Source: Nitrospiraceae bacterium (lineage in GTDB: Bacteria; Nitrospirota; Nitrospiria; Nitrospirales; Nitrospiraceae). From it: 64,000 nucleotides of DNA. The notes beneath the pieces were generated by a model. The model was not told the DNA's origin, ran no database searches, and was given only the letters and a program-made list of their open reading frames with translations. Each line of letters opens with the position of its first letter. Position 1 is the stretch's first letter. The stretch is from NCBI GenBank assembly GCA_050246315.1, contig JBFWWG010000005.1, forward strand, positions 192,001-256,000. The letters run 5' to 3'. A program made the translations under genes and the position numbers. Shown piece after piece: positions 28,169-44,095 of the stretch.

Positions 28169-29119
28169 ATGCTGAAACAGGCTGTGTGTGCGGGCGCGGC
28201 TATCCTCATCCTGTCATGGGGAGGGATCAGCCGGTCAGCGCTGGCCCACGCCGAGAGTGACGTGTCTGCTCCGCCCGTTCAGGCTGCATCGGATCCCTGG
28301 GCACAGGTGATTCGTGAGGCTGCTTCCTTGGGCTTGCCCACCGGGTTTCTTCGCGAACTTCCGACTTCCTTCGTGACCATCGAGTTTGAGGATTTGCATA
28401 CCTATGCGGCCGAATACCATCCGGCCGACCATCGCATGGTGCTCAACCGCGCTCTGTCGTTCAATCAGGCGGGGCTGGTTTTGCGGCCGTTGCGAGACCT
28501 GAACCGTCGCGACCTCGGTACGCTCTTTCATGAACTCTTTCACGCCTATCTGGACTATCTGGTGACCATGCCGGCGGCTGATCGAAGCCAAACCGGAGCA
28601 GACCTGCTCCGGTTTGCACAGGATCGACGAGCTTGCCGGTATGCCAAGGTGCTCATCACGCCGATCGTCCAAAGAAAAGGCGCGACCGAGGAGCGTGAGC
28701 TCAGTGAGCAGGAGGCTTGGGAGGCGTTGAATGAAACCTGGGCCGTCGCCATCGGGTGGGCGGTGTGGACCAGGCTTGAAGCTGCCTCAACGGGGAAAGG
28801 AAGGCCGGATAAGACTTCGATGCAACGTGAGTGGTTTAAGCGGATGCAAGCTGCTGAAAGAAGTGGGGAATTGCGTGGATATTACGAGCCGGAAGATGCC
28901 GCTGAACAGGCGTTGACCAAGAAGCGGTACCTCGCGCATGCGTATCGTATCACCGCGGATGAGCTTCGCGCATTGTTGGAGTTGGTGCTGGAAGTGCCGC
29001 GCGAGGTGGCGGCGCAGGCAGCCAAAACCATTGCCGGTGACAAGCCCGGCCCGTTTCCCGGCCGAGACTGTTCGCCCTATCCTCTGCCGTCGGATGTCCA
29101 TTCCAGGGGCGCTCGATAG
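28169..29119 (+). CDS. Exported hypothetical protein with HExxH zinc-binding motif
   Basis: Signal peptide ending AHA; TLFHELFHAY; downstream NETWA. Confidence 0.7.
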   Translation: MLKQAVCAGAAILILSWGGISRSALAHAESDVSAPPVQAASDPWAQVIREAASLGLPTGFLRELPTSFVTIEFEDLHTYAAEYHPADHRMVLNRALSFNQAGLVLRPLRDLNRRDLGTLFHELFHAYLDYLVTMPAADRSQTGADLLRFAQDRRACRYAKVLITPIVQRKGATEERELSEQEAWEALNETWAVAIGWAVWTRLEAASTGKGRPDKTSMQREWFKRMQAAERSGELRGYYEPEDAAEQALTKKRYLAHAYRITADELRALLELVLEVPREVAAQAAKTIAGDKPGPFPGRDCSPYPLPSDVHSRGAR

Positions 29120-29158
29120 TGGACGAACCCCACCCACACTATTCGTCCGTTGGCCCAC

Positions 29159-29187
29159 TTGACATCTCCGCCTTTCATCAATACAAT
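29159..29187 (+). promoter_or_regulatory. Sigma70 promoter of the tRNA-tuf operon
   Basis: TTGACA, 17-nt spacer, TACAAT, followed by GC-rich discriminator CGGGCG. Confidence 0.8.
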
Positions 29188-29333
29188 CGGGCGTTTCAAA
29201 AACCAAGCCTTTCCTGCTCAGTGTAATCCAGCCATTCGAAGAAAAGCGGCTGCTACCGTGCAGTGAGGGTGTTTTTGTCTTTGTGTGGTGGTCTGCCTGC
29301 CTCGTGTAGGCGTCATCGTGGTAACGGTTTCAT

Positions 29334-29419
29334 GGTCAGGTACCCAAGTGGCCAACGGGGGCAGACTGTAAATCTGCTGCTTACGAGCTTCCAAGGTTCG
29401 AATCCTTGCCTGACCACCA
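29334..29419 (+). tRNA. tRNA-Tyr(GTA)
   Basis: Cloverleaf with long variable arm, CTGTAAA loop, GGTTCGAATCC, CCA. Confidence 0.96.
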
Positions 29420-29485
29420 TCACCAAGCTCCGGACGAGCCGGAATTAAGAGCTGCTATCTCCAGAGGTGGTCGAAAAAGATCGAG

Positions 29486-29560
29486 GCGGGCGTAGCTCAG
29501 TGGTAGAGTCCCAGCCTTCCAAGCTGGCTGTCACGGGTTCAAATCCCGTCGCCCGCTCCA
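29486..29560 (+). tRNA. tRNA-Gly(TCC)
   Basis: GCGGGCG/CGCCCGC acceptor stem, CTTCCAA loop, CCA. Confidence 0.97.
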
Positions 29561-29689
29561 AAAAGAAGATGTCAAGCGGTTACTCGCGAAACGTCACTCG
29601 TCGGAAAGCGGACCGGCTAGAGCAAGAGGCTAGCGGTTTTTTGTTGTATGGGTATTGACCGTTGACGCATGGCGAATGACAGTGGATGT

Positions 29690-29765
29690 GCCCACGTAGC
29701 TCAGTTGGTAGAGCACGTCCTTGGTAAGGACGAGGTCACGCGTTCGATCCGCGTCGTGGGCTCCA
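29690..29765 (+). tRNA. tRNA-Thr(GGT)
   Basis: GCCCACG/CGTGGGC acceptor stem, TTGGTAA loop, CCA. Confidence 0.97.
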
Positions 29766-29880
29766 TCCAACCTATGCTCGGACCGGCCGGTTGGGTTCGC
29801 GCACGCGTAGTCGGGTCGGTGTCTGCAGGCGGGACGGAGTCTTAATTTAATCGGCACGAATATTCCAGGGGGAGCAAGCG

Positions 29881-31086
<1,206 letters not shown>

Positions 31087-31173
31087 CAAGACCGTCAATC
31101 ATTATGGGTCGATCGAGTCAGGAAGGTCACGGTGCGATTGACCCTTGACGTGTGACGAATTACGGGGGCTTTC

Positions 31174-31323
31174 ATGCGCGAAATTATTGATCTGGCATGC
31201 ACCGAATGCAAGCGTCGGAACTACTCGACGATGAAGAACAAGAAGAACGACCCGGACCGCCTTGAGTTGAAAAAGTTTTGTCGATCCTGCCGAAAGCACG
31301 TGCCGCACAAGGAAGTGAAGTAA
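31174..31323 (+). CDS. rpmG: 50S ribosomal protein L33 (zinc-binding form; below ORF-track cutoff)
   Basis: [17 protein letters not shown]...[19 protein letters not shown]. Confidence 0.97.
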   Translation: MREIIDLACTECKRRNYSTMKNKKNDPDRLELKKFCRSCRKHVPHKEVK

Positions 31324-31395
31324 GTGGTGAGGCTGGGGAGTGCAGGGCGGGAGTGCGCTATGAGCGCTCAGCACTCGTTTCTCAGCATTGAGGAG

Positions 31396-31471
31396 AGGGG
31401 CATGGTGTCAATGGCTAGCACATCGGTCTCCAAAACCGAGAGTCTAGGTTCGAATCCTAGTGCCCCTGCCA
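31396..31471 (+). tRNA. tRNA-Trp(CCA)
   Basis: AGGGGCA/TGCCCCT acceptor stem, CTCCAAA loop; canonical position before secE. Confidence 0.96.
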
Positions 31472-31553
31472 TCTAGGATCGTCGCTCGTAGGCAGATCAC
31501 TCCAGCACCGGGGCAGGCCGGTTGTCAGGCTGGCGGGAGCGGAAGGGGAGAGC

Positions 31554-31748
31554 GTGTTCAAGAAATTATGGGCGTCGGTGGTCGAGTTTGTGGCGGATGT
31601 TCGAGGCGAGATCAAGAAGATCTCGTTTCCGACCAGGGCTGAGACCATTGGGTCAACCACGGTGGTGATCGTCTTCTGCATTATCATGTCGCTCTATCTG
31701 TCCGTCTTGGATTCATTTCTCGTCTGGCTCGTGAGCAAGATCATCTAG
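31554..31748 (+). CDS. secE: Preprotein translocase SecE
   Basis: EIKKISFPTR plus single TM; precedes nusG. Confidence 0.95.
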   Translation: MFKKLWASVVEFVADVRGEIKKISFPTRAETIGSTTVVIVFCIIMSLYLSVLDSFLVWLVSKII

Positions 31749-31832
31749 TCCGGTCATGTCAAGCCCTGCGGACGGAATGGCCGTACCTGCCGGGCAATCG
31801 TAGAGTGAGAGATGCAATGAGGAAGCCAAGCC

Positions 31833-32393
31833 ATGAGTGAGCAAGAGACCGCGACGACACCCAAGCAGTGGTATGTGATTCATACCTATGCGGGATTCGA
31901 AGGTCGGGTGAAAACCAGTCTCATGGAGCGGGCCGGCCAGATGGGTATGACGGAGAAGCTGGGTCAGGTCCTCGTTCCGACGGAAGATGTGATCGAGATC
32001 AAGGACGGGAAGCGACGAACCTCCAAGCGAAAGTTCTTCCCCGGCTATGTCCTGATTGAACTTGAAACGCCGCTGACGGATGAAACCTTGCAGATGATCA
32101 AGGAAACGCCGAAGGTCACGGGATTTGTGGGGGGTGGCGCGCAGCCGACGCCGCTATCCCAAGAGGAGGTCGAGTCGCTGCTGAAACAGATCGATTCCGG
32201 CACGGCGCGGCCTCGGGAGCAGATCCGTTTTGTCAAAGGCGACAATGTGCGCATTATCGACGGCCCATTTTTGGGGTTCAACGGCGCCGTGGAAGATGTG
32301 GATCCGGTGCACAACCGGGTCAAGCTGATGGTGAGTATTTTCGGGCGGTCCACCCCGGTGGAGCTAGGATTCTTGCAAGTGGAACGCATTTAG
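31833..32393 (+). CDS. nusG: Transcription factor NusG
   Basis: WYVIHTYAGFE, FFPGY, KOW IIDGPF, IFGRSTPVEL. Confidence 0.98.
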   Translation: MSEQETATTPKQWYVIHTYAGFEGRVKTSLMERAGQMGMTEKLGQVLVPTEDVIEIKDGKRRTSKRKFFPGYVLIELETPLTDETLQMIKETPKVTGFVGGGAQPTPLSQEEVESLLKQIDSGTARPREQIRFVKGDNVRIIDGPFLGFNGAVEDVDPVHNRVKLMVSIFGRSTPVELGFLQVERI

Positions 32394-32484
32394 TCATGGT
32401 GAATTAGGAATTGTGCATTCTGATTGAGGATCCGTCATTCAGAGTTGAGCATTCCTAATTCAGAATTCTGAACGGAGTGAAGGT

Positions 32485-32907
32485 ATGGCGAAGGAAGTTT
32501 CGGCGCAAATCAAACTGCAGATCCCTGCCGGCAAGGCGAATCCTGCACCACCGGTGGGGCCTTCTTTGGGTCAGCACGGCGTGAACATCATGGAGTTCTG
32601 TAAGCAATTCAACGCCCGGACACAAAAGGATGGAGACAGCATCATCCCGGTCATCATTACCGTCTACAAGGATCGCAGTTTTACATTCATCTGCAAGACG
32701 CCACCGGCGTCGGACCTGTTAAAGAAGGCAGCCGGCATCATCAAGGGCTCCGGTGTGCCCCAGAAAGACAAGGTGGGCAAGATCACGCAGGCCCAACTTC
32801 AGGAAATCGCCAAGAAGAAGATGGCCGATTTGAATGCGGCCGATGTCGATGGTGCCATGAACATTATCGCGGGAACGGCCCGCAGCATGGGCATCGTCAT
32901 CCAGTAA
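32485..32907 (+). CDS. rplK: 50S ribosomal protein L11
   Basis: [19 protein letters not shown]. Confidence 0.99.
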   Translation: MAKEVSAQIKLQIPAGKANPAPPVGPSLGQHGVNIMEFCKQFNARTQKDGDSIIPVIITVYKDRSFTFICKTPPASDLLKKAAGIIKGSGVPQKDKVGKITQAQLQEIAKKKMADLNAADVDGAMNIIAGTARSMGIVIQ

Positions 32908-32935
32908 AGCATGGCATAACGATTCGCGCGAGGAG

Positions 32936-33634
32936 TTGGTCATGGGAAAGAAAATGCAGGCGGCCCTGAAAAAAGTGGAGGCTCGTGCCTATCCGCTGAA
33001 GGATGCCGTCGAACTTATCAAGCAAGCGGCCTACGCCAAATTTGATGAAACGGTCGATCTGGCCCTTCGGCTTGGCGTGGACCCCAAGCGATCCGATCAG
33101 ATGGTCCGGGGCACGACCCTGTTGCCGCACGGATCGGGCAAGCAGATCCGCATCCTGGTTTTTGCGAAGGGCGAGAAGGAGCAGGAGGCTAGGCAGGCCG
33201 GGGCCGATCACGTCGGGGCCGACGATCTCATGGAGAAAGTGAAGGGCGGGTGGATGGATTTCGATTGCGCGATTGCGACGCCGGATCTTATGGGCGCAGT
33301 CGGCAAGTTGGGCAAGGTGCTCGGTCCGCGAGGCCTCATGCCCAATCCGAAGACGGGGACGGTGACGTTTGAAGTCGCGAAGGCGATCGGCGAAATTCGA
33401 AGGGGGCGGGTCGAGTACAAGCTCGATAAGGCCGGCATCGTGCACGTGCCGGTGGGCAAGGTCTCCTTCGAGGCCTCGCGGCTGTTCGAAAACGCCCAGG
33501 CGGTGCTGGAATCGGTCGTCAAGGCCAAGCCTGCGTCGTGTAAGGGACGCTATCTCAGGACCGCCACGATTTCGAGCACGATGGGCCCTGGGATCAGGCT
33601 GGATGCGGTCGCACTGGCGAAACAATGGGCGTAA
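32936..33634 (+). CDS. rplA: 50S ribosomal protein L1 (start 32936 or 32942)
   Basis: [27 protein letters not shown]. Confidence 0.99.
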   Translation: MVMGKKMQAALKKVEARAYPLKDAVELIKQAAYAKFDETVDLALRLGVDPKRSDQMVRGTTLLPHGSGKQIRILVFAKGEKEQEARQAGADHVGADDLMEKVKGGWMDFDCAIATPDLMGAVGKLGKVLGPRGLMPNPKTGTVTFEVAKAIGEIRRGRVEYKLDKAGIVHVPVGKVSFEASRLFENAQAVLESVVKAKPASCKGRYLRTATISSTMGPGIRLDAVALAKQWA

Positions 33635-33667
33635 GCGCGTCGTGACGCTAAACGGAAGAGGACGATC

Positions 33668-34600
33668 ATGAAACGGGAAGAGAAGGCGGTCGCGGTTGCC
33701 GAACTGAATGAGAAATTCAAGCGGGCTCGGCTGGCGATCCTGACGGAATGCACCGGAATGCCGGTGGCGCACCTGACGGAGCTGCGCAAGCAGCTCCGTG
33801 GAGTGAAGGCGGAATACAAGGTCGTGAAGAACACCCTGGCCGCACGGGCCTCGGAGGGCACGGAGATCGCGCCGCTCGGGGCGTATTTCAGGGGGCCCGC
33901 CGCGGTGGTCTTGGGGTACGACGACCCGGTCAGTCCAGCCAAGGTGCTCAGGGAATTTGTCGTAGCGGAAAAGCGCGATGAGAAACTGAAGATTCTGCTC
34001 GGGGTGTTGGAAGGTAAGTTGCTTCAGGCAGCTCAGATCCATGACGTGGCCAAACTGCCGAAGAAGGACGTGCTGCTGGCGATGTTGCTCTCTACGATGC
34101 AGGGACCGGCCCGGAATTTGGTCTCTGTACTGAGCGGTGTGGTGCGGAAATTCGTCTATGTGTTGAGCGCGATTCAGGATACCAAGAAAGGGGAGGGAAC
34201 GATGCCTACTGCGGAAGGGAAGCTGTCTCAGGAAGATTTCATCAAGGCGATCGAAGGCATGAGCGTGCTGGAGCTCGCCGAACTTGTCAAGGGGTTGGAG
34301 TCGCGCTTCGGCGTGACCGCGGCGGCGCCGGTGGCCGTGGTGGCGGCCGGAGGGGCGGGGGCTGCGGCGGCGCCGGCTGAAGAGAAGACCTCGTTTGATG
34401 TCGTGCTCGCCAGCGCAGCGGCGGATAAGAAGATCCAGGTCATCAAGGTCGTCCGAGAGCTCACGAGCCTGGGCTTGAAAGAAGCCAAGGATTTGGTCGA
34501 AGGGGCGCCGAAGCCCGTGAAGACCGGTGTGGCGAAGGAAGAAGCGGACAGCATGAAGAAGAAGCTGGAGGAGGCGGGTGCGAAAGTCGAGATCAAGTAA
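33668..34600 (+). CDS. rplJ: 50S ribosomal protein L10 reading in frame into L7/L12 (uL10-bL12 fusion ORF, 310 aa)
   Basis: Residues 1-~174 are L10 (LRKQLR, VVKNTL, AKLP); no stop before the L12 sequence. Confidence 0.9.
   Translation: MKREEKAVAVAELNEKFKRARLAILTECTGMPVAHLTELRKQLRGVKAEYKVVKNTLAARASEGTEIAPLGAYFRGPAAVVLGYDDPVSPAKVLREFVVAEKRDEKLKILLGVLEGKLLQAAQIHDVAKLPKKDVLLAMLLSTMQGPARNLVSVLSGVVRKFVYVLSAIQDTKKGEGTMPTAEGKLSQEDFIKAIEGMSVLELAELVKGLESRFGVTAAAPVAVVAAGGAGAAAAPAEEKTSFDVVLASAAADKKIQVIKVVRELTSLGLKEAKDLVEGAPKPVKTGVAKEEADSMKKKLEEAGAKVEIK
34202..34600 (+). CDS. rplL: 50S ribosomal protein L7/L12 from an internal start
   Basis: GGAGG at 34192-34196 then ATG 34202; [37 protein letters not shown]. 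Confidence 0.93.
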   Translation: MPTAEGKLSQEDFIKAIEGMSVLELAELVKGLESRFGVTAAAPVAVVAAGGAGAAAAPAEEKTSFDVVLASAAADKKIQVIKVVRELTSLGLKEAKDLVEGAPKPVKTGVAKEEADSMKKKLEEAGAKVEIK

Positions 34601-34687
34601 TCACGCAAGCCTGAGAATCTGAGTCGTGCCTCGCGCGCGGCCGCGGGGCTGGGATGTGGTACGGATCGAGACAAAGGAGCGACACGC

Positions 34688-37600
34688 ATGCCGGATTCGA
34701 GTGGGGTTGAGTTGGTCCCTCGGAAGGATTTTTCCAGAATTCAGACGAGCATCGAGATTCCGGATCTGATCGAGATCCAGCGGCGTTCGTATGAGCAGTT
34801 CCTGCAGATGGAAAAAGAGCCCGAGCGTCGCGACGATCGGGGGTTGCAGGCCGCGTTGGCCAGCGTCTTTCCGATCGCCGACTACAACAATACCGCCGTG
34901 CTCGAATTCACGAGCTATGCGCTCGGGACGCCGAAGTACGACGTCCGCGAATGTCTCGAGCAGGGGATGACCTACGCAGTGCCCTTAAAACTGCGCGTGC
35001 GGCTGGTCGTGTTCGACAAGGAGGACAAGGGGCCGAAGCGCAAGGTGCTCGACGTGCGGGAGCAAGAGGTCTACGTCGGCGAGTTGCCCCTGATGACTGA
35101 GCGGGGCACCTTCATCATTAACGGGACCGAGCGCGTCGTCGTCAGCCAATTGCACCGGTCTCCCGGGGCCTCGTTCACGCACGACAAGGGACGGACGCAT
35201 GCCAGCGGGAAGGTGTTGTATTCCGCGCGCATCATTCCCTATCGCGGATCGTGGCTCGATTTTGAGTTCGACGCGCGGGACATTCTGTATGTCCGGATCG
35301 ATCGCCGGCGCAAGATGCCGGTCACGATCCTGCTCAAGGCCTTTGGGTTTTCCAGCGACGATCTCCTCAAGATGTACTATCCCGTCGAGGAGATCCATGT
35401 CTCACAGGGCAGGCTATACCGCAAGCTCGACCCGGAGATCCACCACGGCCTCAAATCGTCCACCGAGTTGACGGAGAAGGGCAGCAAGGAAGTGTTGGTG
35501 CGGGAGGGAGCCAAGCTCTCGAGGGTCATGATCAACAAGCTGAAGGCGGCGGGGATCAAGGAGATCCCGGTGGCTCCGGCCGAGTTGGTGGGGCGAGCCG
35601 TCTTGAGCGAGATCATCGATCCGCGAACAAAGGAGAAGGTGGCGGAGAAGAATCAACGCCTGACCGCGGAGATTCTTGAGAAGGTGGTGGAAAGCCAGGC
35701 CGAGGCCTTCAAGGTGATCTATCTCGACCAGGCGACCGCCACGCCGGTGATTTTGGATACGCTCGAAATGGAGCGGACGACCTCGAAGGAAGAGGCCATG
35801 GTCGAGATCTACAAGCGACTGAGGCCGGGCGAAACGCCGTCCATCGAGACAGCCAAGGCGCTGTTCGAAAACCTGTTTCAGAGCGCCAAGCGGTACGATC
35901 TGTCCCCGGTCGGGCGTCTCAAGCTGAACAAGAAGCTGGGGCTCGATCTGCCGCTCGAGCAACGCACGTTGACAAAGGAAGATATTGTCGAAGTCATCCG
36001 CTACTTGGTCAACCTCAAGATGGGCAAGGGGGAAGTGGACGACATCGACCATTTGGGGAACCGGCGGGTGCGGTCGGTCGGCGAGCTGCTCGAAAATCAA
36101 GTGCGGCTCGGCCTCGTGCGCATGGAGCGAAGCATCAAGGAGCGGATGAATTTGCTCGATATGGAAACGGTCCTGCCGCACGATCTGATCAACGCCAAGC
36201 CGGTGGTGGCGGCGATCAAGGAATTCTTTAGCAGCAGCCAGTTGTCTCAGTTCATGGATCAAACGAACCCGCTGGCGGAAATCACTCACAAGCGCCGTCT
36301 GTCCGCGCTGGGTCCTGGAGGGTTAACGCGGGAGCGCGCCGGGTTTGAAGTGCGCGACGTGCATCCTTCGCACTACAGCCGTATCTGCCCGATCGAGACG
36401 CCGGAAGGTCCGAACATCGGTCTGATCACCTCACTCGCCACCTATGCGAGAATCAACGAATTCGGCTTTATCGAAGCGCCCTATCGCAAGGTGTCCAAAG
36501 GGCGTGTCACAGAGGAAATCGAGTACCTCTCGGCGATCGAAGGAGACCGGTACGTGGTCGCGCAGGCCAATTCCACGGTCGATCCGCACGGGAAATTGGT
36601 GTCGGAGTCGATCACCGCCCGCTCCGCCGGCGATTTTGTCATGACCGGGCCGGACCGCGTGGAATATATGGACGTGTCGCCCAAGCAAGTGGTGAGCGTG
36701 GCGACGGCTATGGTGCCGTTTCTCGAGCATGACGACGCGAACCGCGCCTTGATGGGCTCCAACATGCAACGGCAGGCCGTGCCGCTGCTCAAGACCGAAA
36801 GTCCTCTGGTGGGGACCGGGATGGAAGCCGTGGTCGCGCGCGATTCCGGTTATGTGGTCCTGGCCAAACGCGCCGGTGTGGTCGAGAGTGTGGATGCGAC
36901 GAGAATCGTCGTGCGCGCCGATGCCGGGAAGGAGATCCGCAAGAAGGGGGACACCGGGTTGGACGTGTACGATCTCGTGAAGTTCCAGCGCTCGAATCAG
37001 AATACCTGCATCAATCAAATGCCGGTGGTCCGGTTGGGCCAACCGGTTAAGCAGGGGCAGGTTTTGGCTGACGGACCTGCGATCGATCGTGGCGAGTTGG
37101 CGCTTGGAAAGAATGTGTTGGTCGCCTTCATGCCTTGGGGTGGGTACAACTTCGAGGACGCGATTCTGCTCAGCGAGCGGGTGGTTCGGGAGGACGTGTT
37201 CACGTCCATTCATATTGAAGAGTTCGAAGTCGAGGCGCGGGACACCAAGTTGGGCAAGGAAGAAATCACCCGGGACATTCCGAACGTGGGCGAAGAAGCG
37301 CTCCGGAACCTGGACGAGAGCGGGATCATCCGCATCGGTGCCGAGGTTAAACCCGGGGACATCCTGGTCGGCAAGGTCACGCCGAAAGGCGAAACGCAAC
37401 TGACTCCGGAAGAGAAGCTGCTGCGGGCGATCTTCGGTGAGAAGGCCGGGGACGTGAAGGACACGTCGCTGACGGTGCCGCCCGGCGTGGAAGGTATCGT
37501 GGTCGACGTGAAGATCTTCTCGCGCAAGGGGCTCGACAAGGACGAACGGTCGCGCAGTATCGAAAGCGAAGACGCAATGAAGCTGCAGCGCGACCACCAG

Positions 37601-38650
37601 GACGAAATTCGGATCATCGAAGAAGAGAAGATTAAGAAGATCCGGAAGTTCATGCTGGGGCGCGTGGTCGGCCGGGACATCATGGATCCGGATTCGGGCG
37701 AAGTCGTTCTGAAGAAAAAGGGTAAGCTGACGGCGGACGTGCTGCGGCAATTGTCGGACGACGAGTTGCGTCATACGATTCTGGCGGATCCGGAAGAGCA
37801 GCAGGAGCTGGACGAGATCGAGCGGCGGGCCAAGGAGCAAATCGAGATCCTGCAGACGATGTACGATGAAAAAGTCGGCCGACTGAAACGGGGAGACGAA
37901 CTGCCTCCCGGCGTCCTGAAGTTGGTCAAGGTCCATATCGCCATGAAGCGCAAGATTCAAGTGGGCGACAAGATGGCCGGCCGCCATGGGAACAAGGGTG
38001 TCGTTTCCCGCGTGATGCCGGAAGAAGACATGCCGTATCTGCCGGACGGCACGCCCGTCGATATCGTGCTGAATCCGCTCGGTGTGCCTTCCCGCATGAA
38101 CGTCGGCCAGATTCTGGAGACCCATCTCGGGTGGGCGGCCAAGGCGCTCGGCCTGCATGTGGCCAGTCCGGTCTTCGACGGAGCGTCGGAGCGGGAGATC
38201 AAGGACCTGCTCAAGAAGGCGGGCTTGCCGGCCAGCGGACAAACGGTGCTCTATGATGGCCGGACAGGAGAGAAGTTCGACAGCACGGTGACGGTCGGGC
38301 ACATGTATATGTTGAAGTTGCACCACCTGGTGGACGACAAGATTCATGCTCGGTCCATCGGTCCCTATTCGCTGGTCACGCAGCAACCGCTGGGCGGCAA
38401 GGCGCAATTCGGAGGCCAGCGTTTGGGCGAGATGGAAGTCTGGGCCCTGCAGGCCTACGGGGCTGCCTCCACGCTGCAGGAATTCTTGACGGTCAAGTCG
38501 GACGACGTGCCGGGCCGCTCGCGGATGTATGAGGCGATCGTCAAGGGCGAGCCCTATTTGGAGCCGGGCCTACCGGAGTCGTTCAACGTGCTGGTGAAAG
38601 AACTGCAGAGTTTGGGATTGGATGTGGAGCTGGTGAAGTCGCAAGACTGA
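34688..38650 (+). CDS. rpoB: RNA polymerase beta subunit
   Basis: [33 protein letters not shown]. Confidence 0.99.
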   Translation: MPDSSGVELVPRKDFSRIQTSIEIPDLIEIQRRSYEQFLQMEKEPERRDDRGLQAALASVFPIADYNNTAVLEFTSYALGTPKYDVRECLEQGMTYAVPLKLRVRLVVFDKEDKGPKRKVLDVREQEVYVGELPLMTERGTFIINGTERVVVSQLHRSPGASFTHDKGRTHASGKVLYSARIIPYRGSWLDFEFDARDILYVRIDRRRKMPVTILLKAFGFSSDDLLKMYYPVEEIHVSQGRLYRKLDPEIHHGLKSSTELTEKGSKEVLVREGAKLSRVMINKLKAAGIKEIPVAPAELVGRAVLSEIIDPRTKEKVAEKNQRLTAEILEKVVESQAEAFKVIYLDQATATPVILDTLEMERTTSKEEAMVEIYKRLRPGETPSIETAKALFENLFQSAKRYDLSPVGRLKLNKKLGLDLPLEQRTLTKEDIVEVIRYLVNLKMGKGEVDDIDHLGNRRVRSVGELLENQVRLGLVRMERSIKERMNLLDMETVLPHDLINAKPVVAAIKEFFSSSQLSQFMDQTNPLAEITHKRRLSALGPGGLTRERAGFEVRDVHPSHYSRICPIETPEGPNIGLITSLATYARINEFGFIEAPYRKVSKGRVTEEIEYLSAIEGDRYVVAQANSTVDPHGKLVSESITARSAGDFVMTGPDRVEYMDVSPKQVVSVATAMVPFLEHDDANRALMGSNMQRQAVPLLKTESPLVGTGMEAVVARDSGYVVLAKRAGVVESVDATRIVVRADAGKEIRKKGDTGLDVYDLVKFQRSNQNTCINQMPVVRLGQPVKQGQVLADGPAIDRGELALGKNVLVAFMPWGGYNFEDAILLSERVVREDVFTSIHIEEFEVEARDTKLGKEEITRDIPNVGEEALRNLDESGIIRIGAEVKPGDILVGKVTPKGETQLTPEEKLLRAIFGEKAGDVKDTSLTVPPGVEGIVVDVKIFSRKGLDKDERSRSIESEDAMKLQRDHQDEIRIIEEEKIKKIRKFMLGRVVGRDIMDPDSGEVVLKKKGKLTADVLRQLSDDELRHTILADPEEQQELDEIERRAKEQIEILQTMYDEKVGRLKRGDELPPGVLKLVKVHIAMKRKIQVGDKMAGRHGNKGVVSRVMPEEDMPYLPDGTPVDIVLNPLGVPSRMNVGQILETHLGWAAKALGLHVASPVFDGASEREIKDLLKKAGLPASGQTVLYDGRTGEKFDSTVTVGHMYMLKLHHLVDDKIHARSIGPYSLVTQQPLGGKAQFGGQRLGEMEVWALQAYGAASTLQEFLTVKSDDVPGRSRMYEAIVKGEPYLEPGLPESFNVLVKELQSLGLDVELVKSQD

Positions 38651-38778
38651 GGTATTCCGTAGAGAGTGCCCGACGCGTTCGAGTCGGGTTTCGAGATTGA
38701 ATCAACAGCCGGCGCGGATCCGATCAGCATCGGATCTACGGCGTTGAGCAGTTCACCATCTGACAAGGGGGATCTACC

Positions 38779-42951
<4,173 letters not shown>

Positions 42952-42986
42952 CACAGAAAGAAGGCCCACCTTGGAGTTGAGGGGCC

Positions 42987-43015
42987 TTGACAGAATCAAA
43001 GGAGATCATTATAAT
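42987..43015 (+). promoter_or_regulatory. Perfect-consensus sigma70 promoter of the str operon
   Basis: TTGACA, 17-nt spacer, TATAAT, then GC-rich CCGCCGG. Confidence 0.9.
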
Positions 43016-43098
43016 CCGCCGGCTTTGCGTATGAAACTGTGTTGCGGAGCCGGCTTATTGCGGAAGCCCGCGTATCAAGAAGGAACTTTGCTGACGCC

Positions 43099-43470
43099 AT
43101 GCCCACAATCAACCAATTAGTCAGGCGGGGGAGGCGCTTGGTTCGGAGCAAGACGAAGAGTCCTGCCCTCAAGCGGTGCCCCCAGAAGCGGGGCGTGTGT
43201 CTCCGCGTGTACACCACAACTCCGAAAAAACCGAACTCCGCGCTCCGCAAGGTGGCCAGAGTGCGGCTGACCAATGGAATAGAGGTCACTACCTACATTC
43301 CCGGCGTTGGGCACAATCTGCAGGAACACTCGATCGTGTTGGTACGCGGCGGTCGCGTGAAAGACTTGCCAGGTGTACGGTATCACATCGTTCGCGGCAC
43401 ACTGGATGCCGTCGGTGTGGCGGGCCGCAAGCAAGGCCGGTCGAAATACGGCGCGAAGCGTCCAAAGTAG
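43099..43470 (+). CDS. rpsL: 30S ribosomal protein S12
   Basis: [26 protein letters not shown]. Confidence 0.99.
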   Translation: MPTINQLVRRGRRLVRSKTKSPALKRCPQKRGVCLRVYTTTPKKPNSALRKVARVRLTNGIEVTTYIPGVGHNLQEHSIVLVRGGRVKDLPGVRYHIVRGTLDAVGVAGRKQGRSKYGAKRPK

Positions 43471-43537
43471 AGAGATCAGGAAGGTCTGGTGCCCGCCGGA
43501 TTGCGGGTTGTGAACATTTTCGTGAGGATCATCGCCA

Positions 43538-44008
43538 ATGCCTCGTGGTGGACAAGTTTCGTTGAGAGAGACGCTGCCCGACCCCAAGTTCGGGGACCGT
43601 CTCGTGGGCAAATTCGTCAATGTGCTCATGTCCTGCGGAAAGAAGAGCACGGCGGAACAAATTTGTTACGGCGCGTTTGAATTAATTCAGGAAAAAACCA
43701 ACGGCGACCCGATGAAGGTTTTCCGTGCGGCGGTGGATAATGTCAAGCCTGTGGTTGAAGTGAAGTCTCGGCGTGTGGGTGGTGCCTCGTACCAGGTTCC
43801 TGTCGAGATTCGTCCTACCCGTCGTTTGTCCCTGGCCCTCCGGTGGATTGCCGAGTATGCGCGAACGCGCTCGGGGAAGAGTATGGTCGACAAGCTCGCG
43901 GCTGAGCTGATGGACGCCGCCAATAATACCGGCGCCGCGGTGAAGAAGCGAGAGGATGTCCACCGTATGGCAGAGGCGAATAAGGCCTTCGCTCACTACC
44001 GCTGGTAG
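43538..44008 (+). CDS. rpsG: 30S ribosomal protein S7
   Basis: [24 protein letters not shown]. Confidence 0.99.
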   Translation: MPRGGQVSLRETLPDPKFGDRLVGKFVNVLMSCGKKSTAEQICYGAFELIQEKTNGDPMKVFRAAVDNVKPVVEVKSRRVGGASYQVPVEIRPTRRLSLALRWIAEYARTRSGKSMVDKLAAELMDAANNTGAAVKKREDVHRMAEANKAFAHYRW

Positions 44009-44095
44009 AGACCTGCACAGGACTGTATCGTCGTTCCGCTGAGGAAGCTCAGATGCCTCCTCGCATTGTTGTGGTCGTTCGTGTGACTGAGGGGA

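Noticed and set aside
31396..31471. tRNA-Trp A24 as a Hirsh-type UGA suppressor
   Set aside because: A U11-A24 pair occurs naturally in other bacterial tRNA-Trp, and TGA is used as a normal stop throughout the window
36235..36320. Rifampicin-resistance changes in rpoB, or streptomycin changes in rpsL
   Set aside because: [29 protein letters not shown] and RVKDLPG match the susceptible consensus
36431..38407. 658-aa minus-strand ORF (and 39697-41055)
   Set aside because: Antisense shadows of rpoB and rpoC
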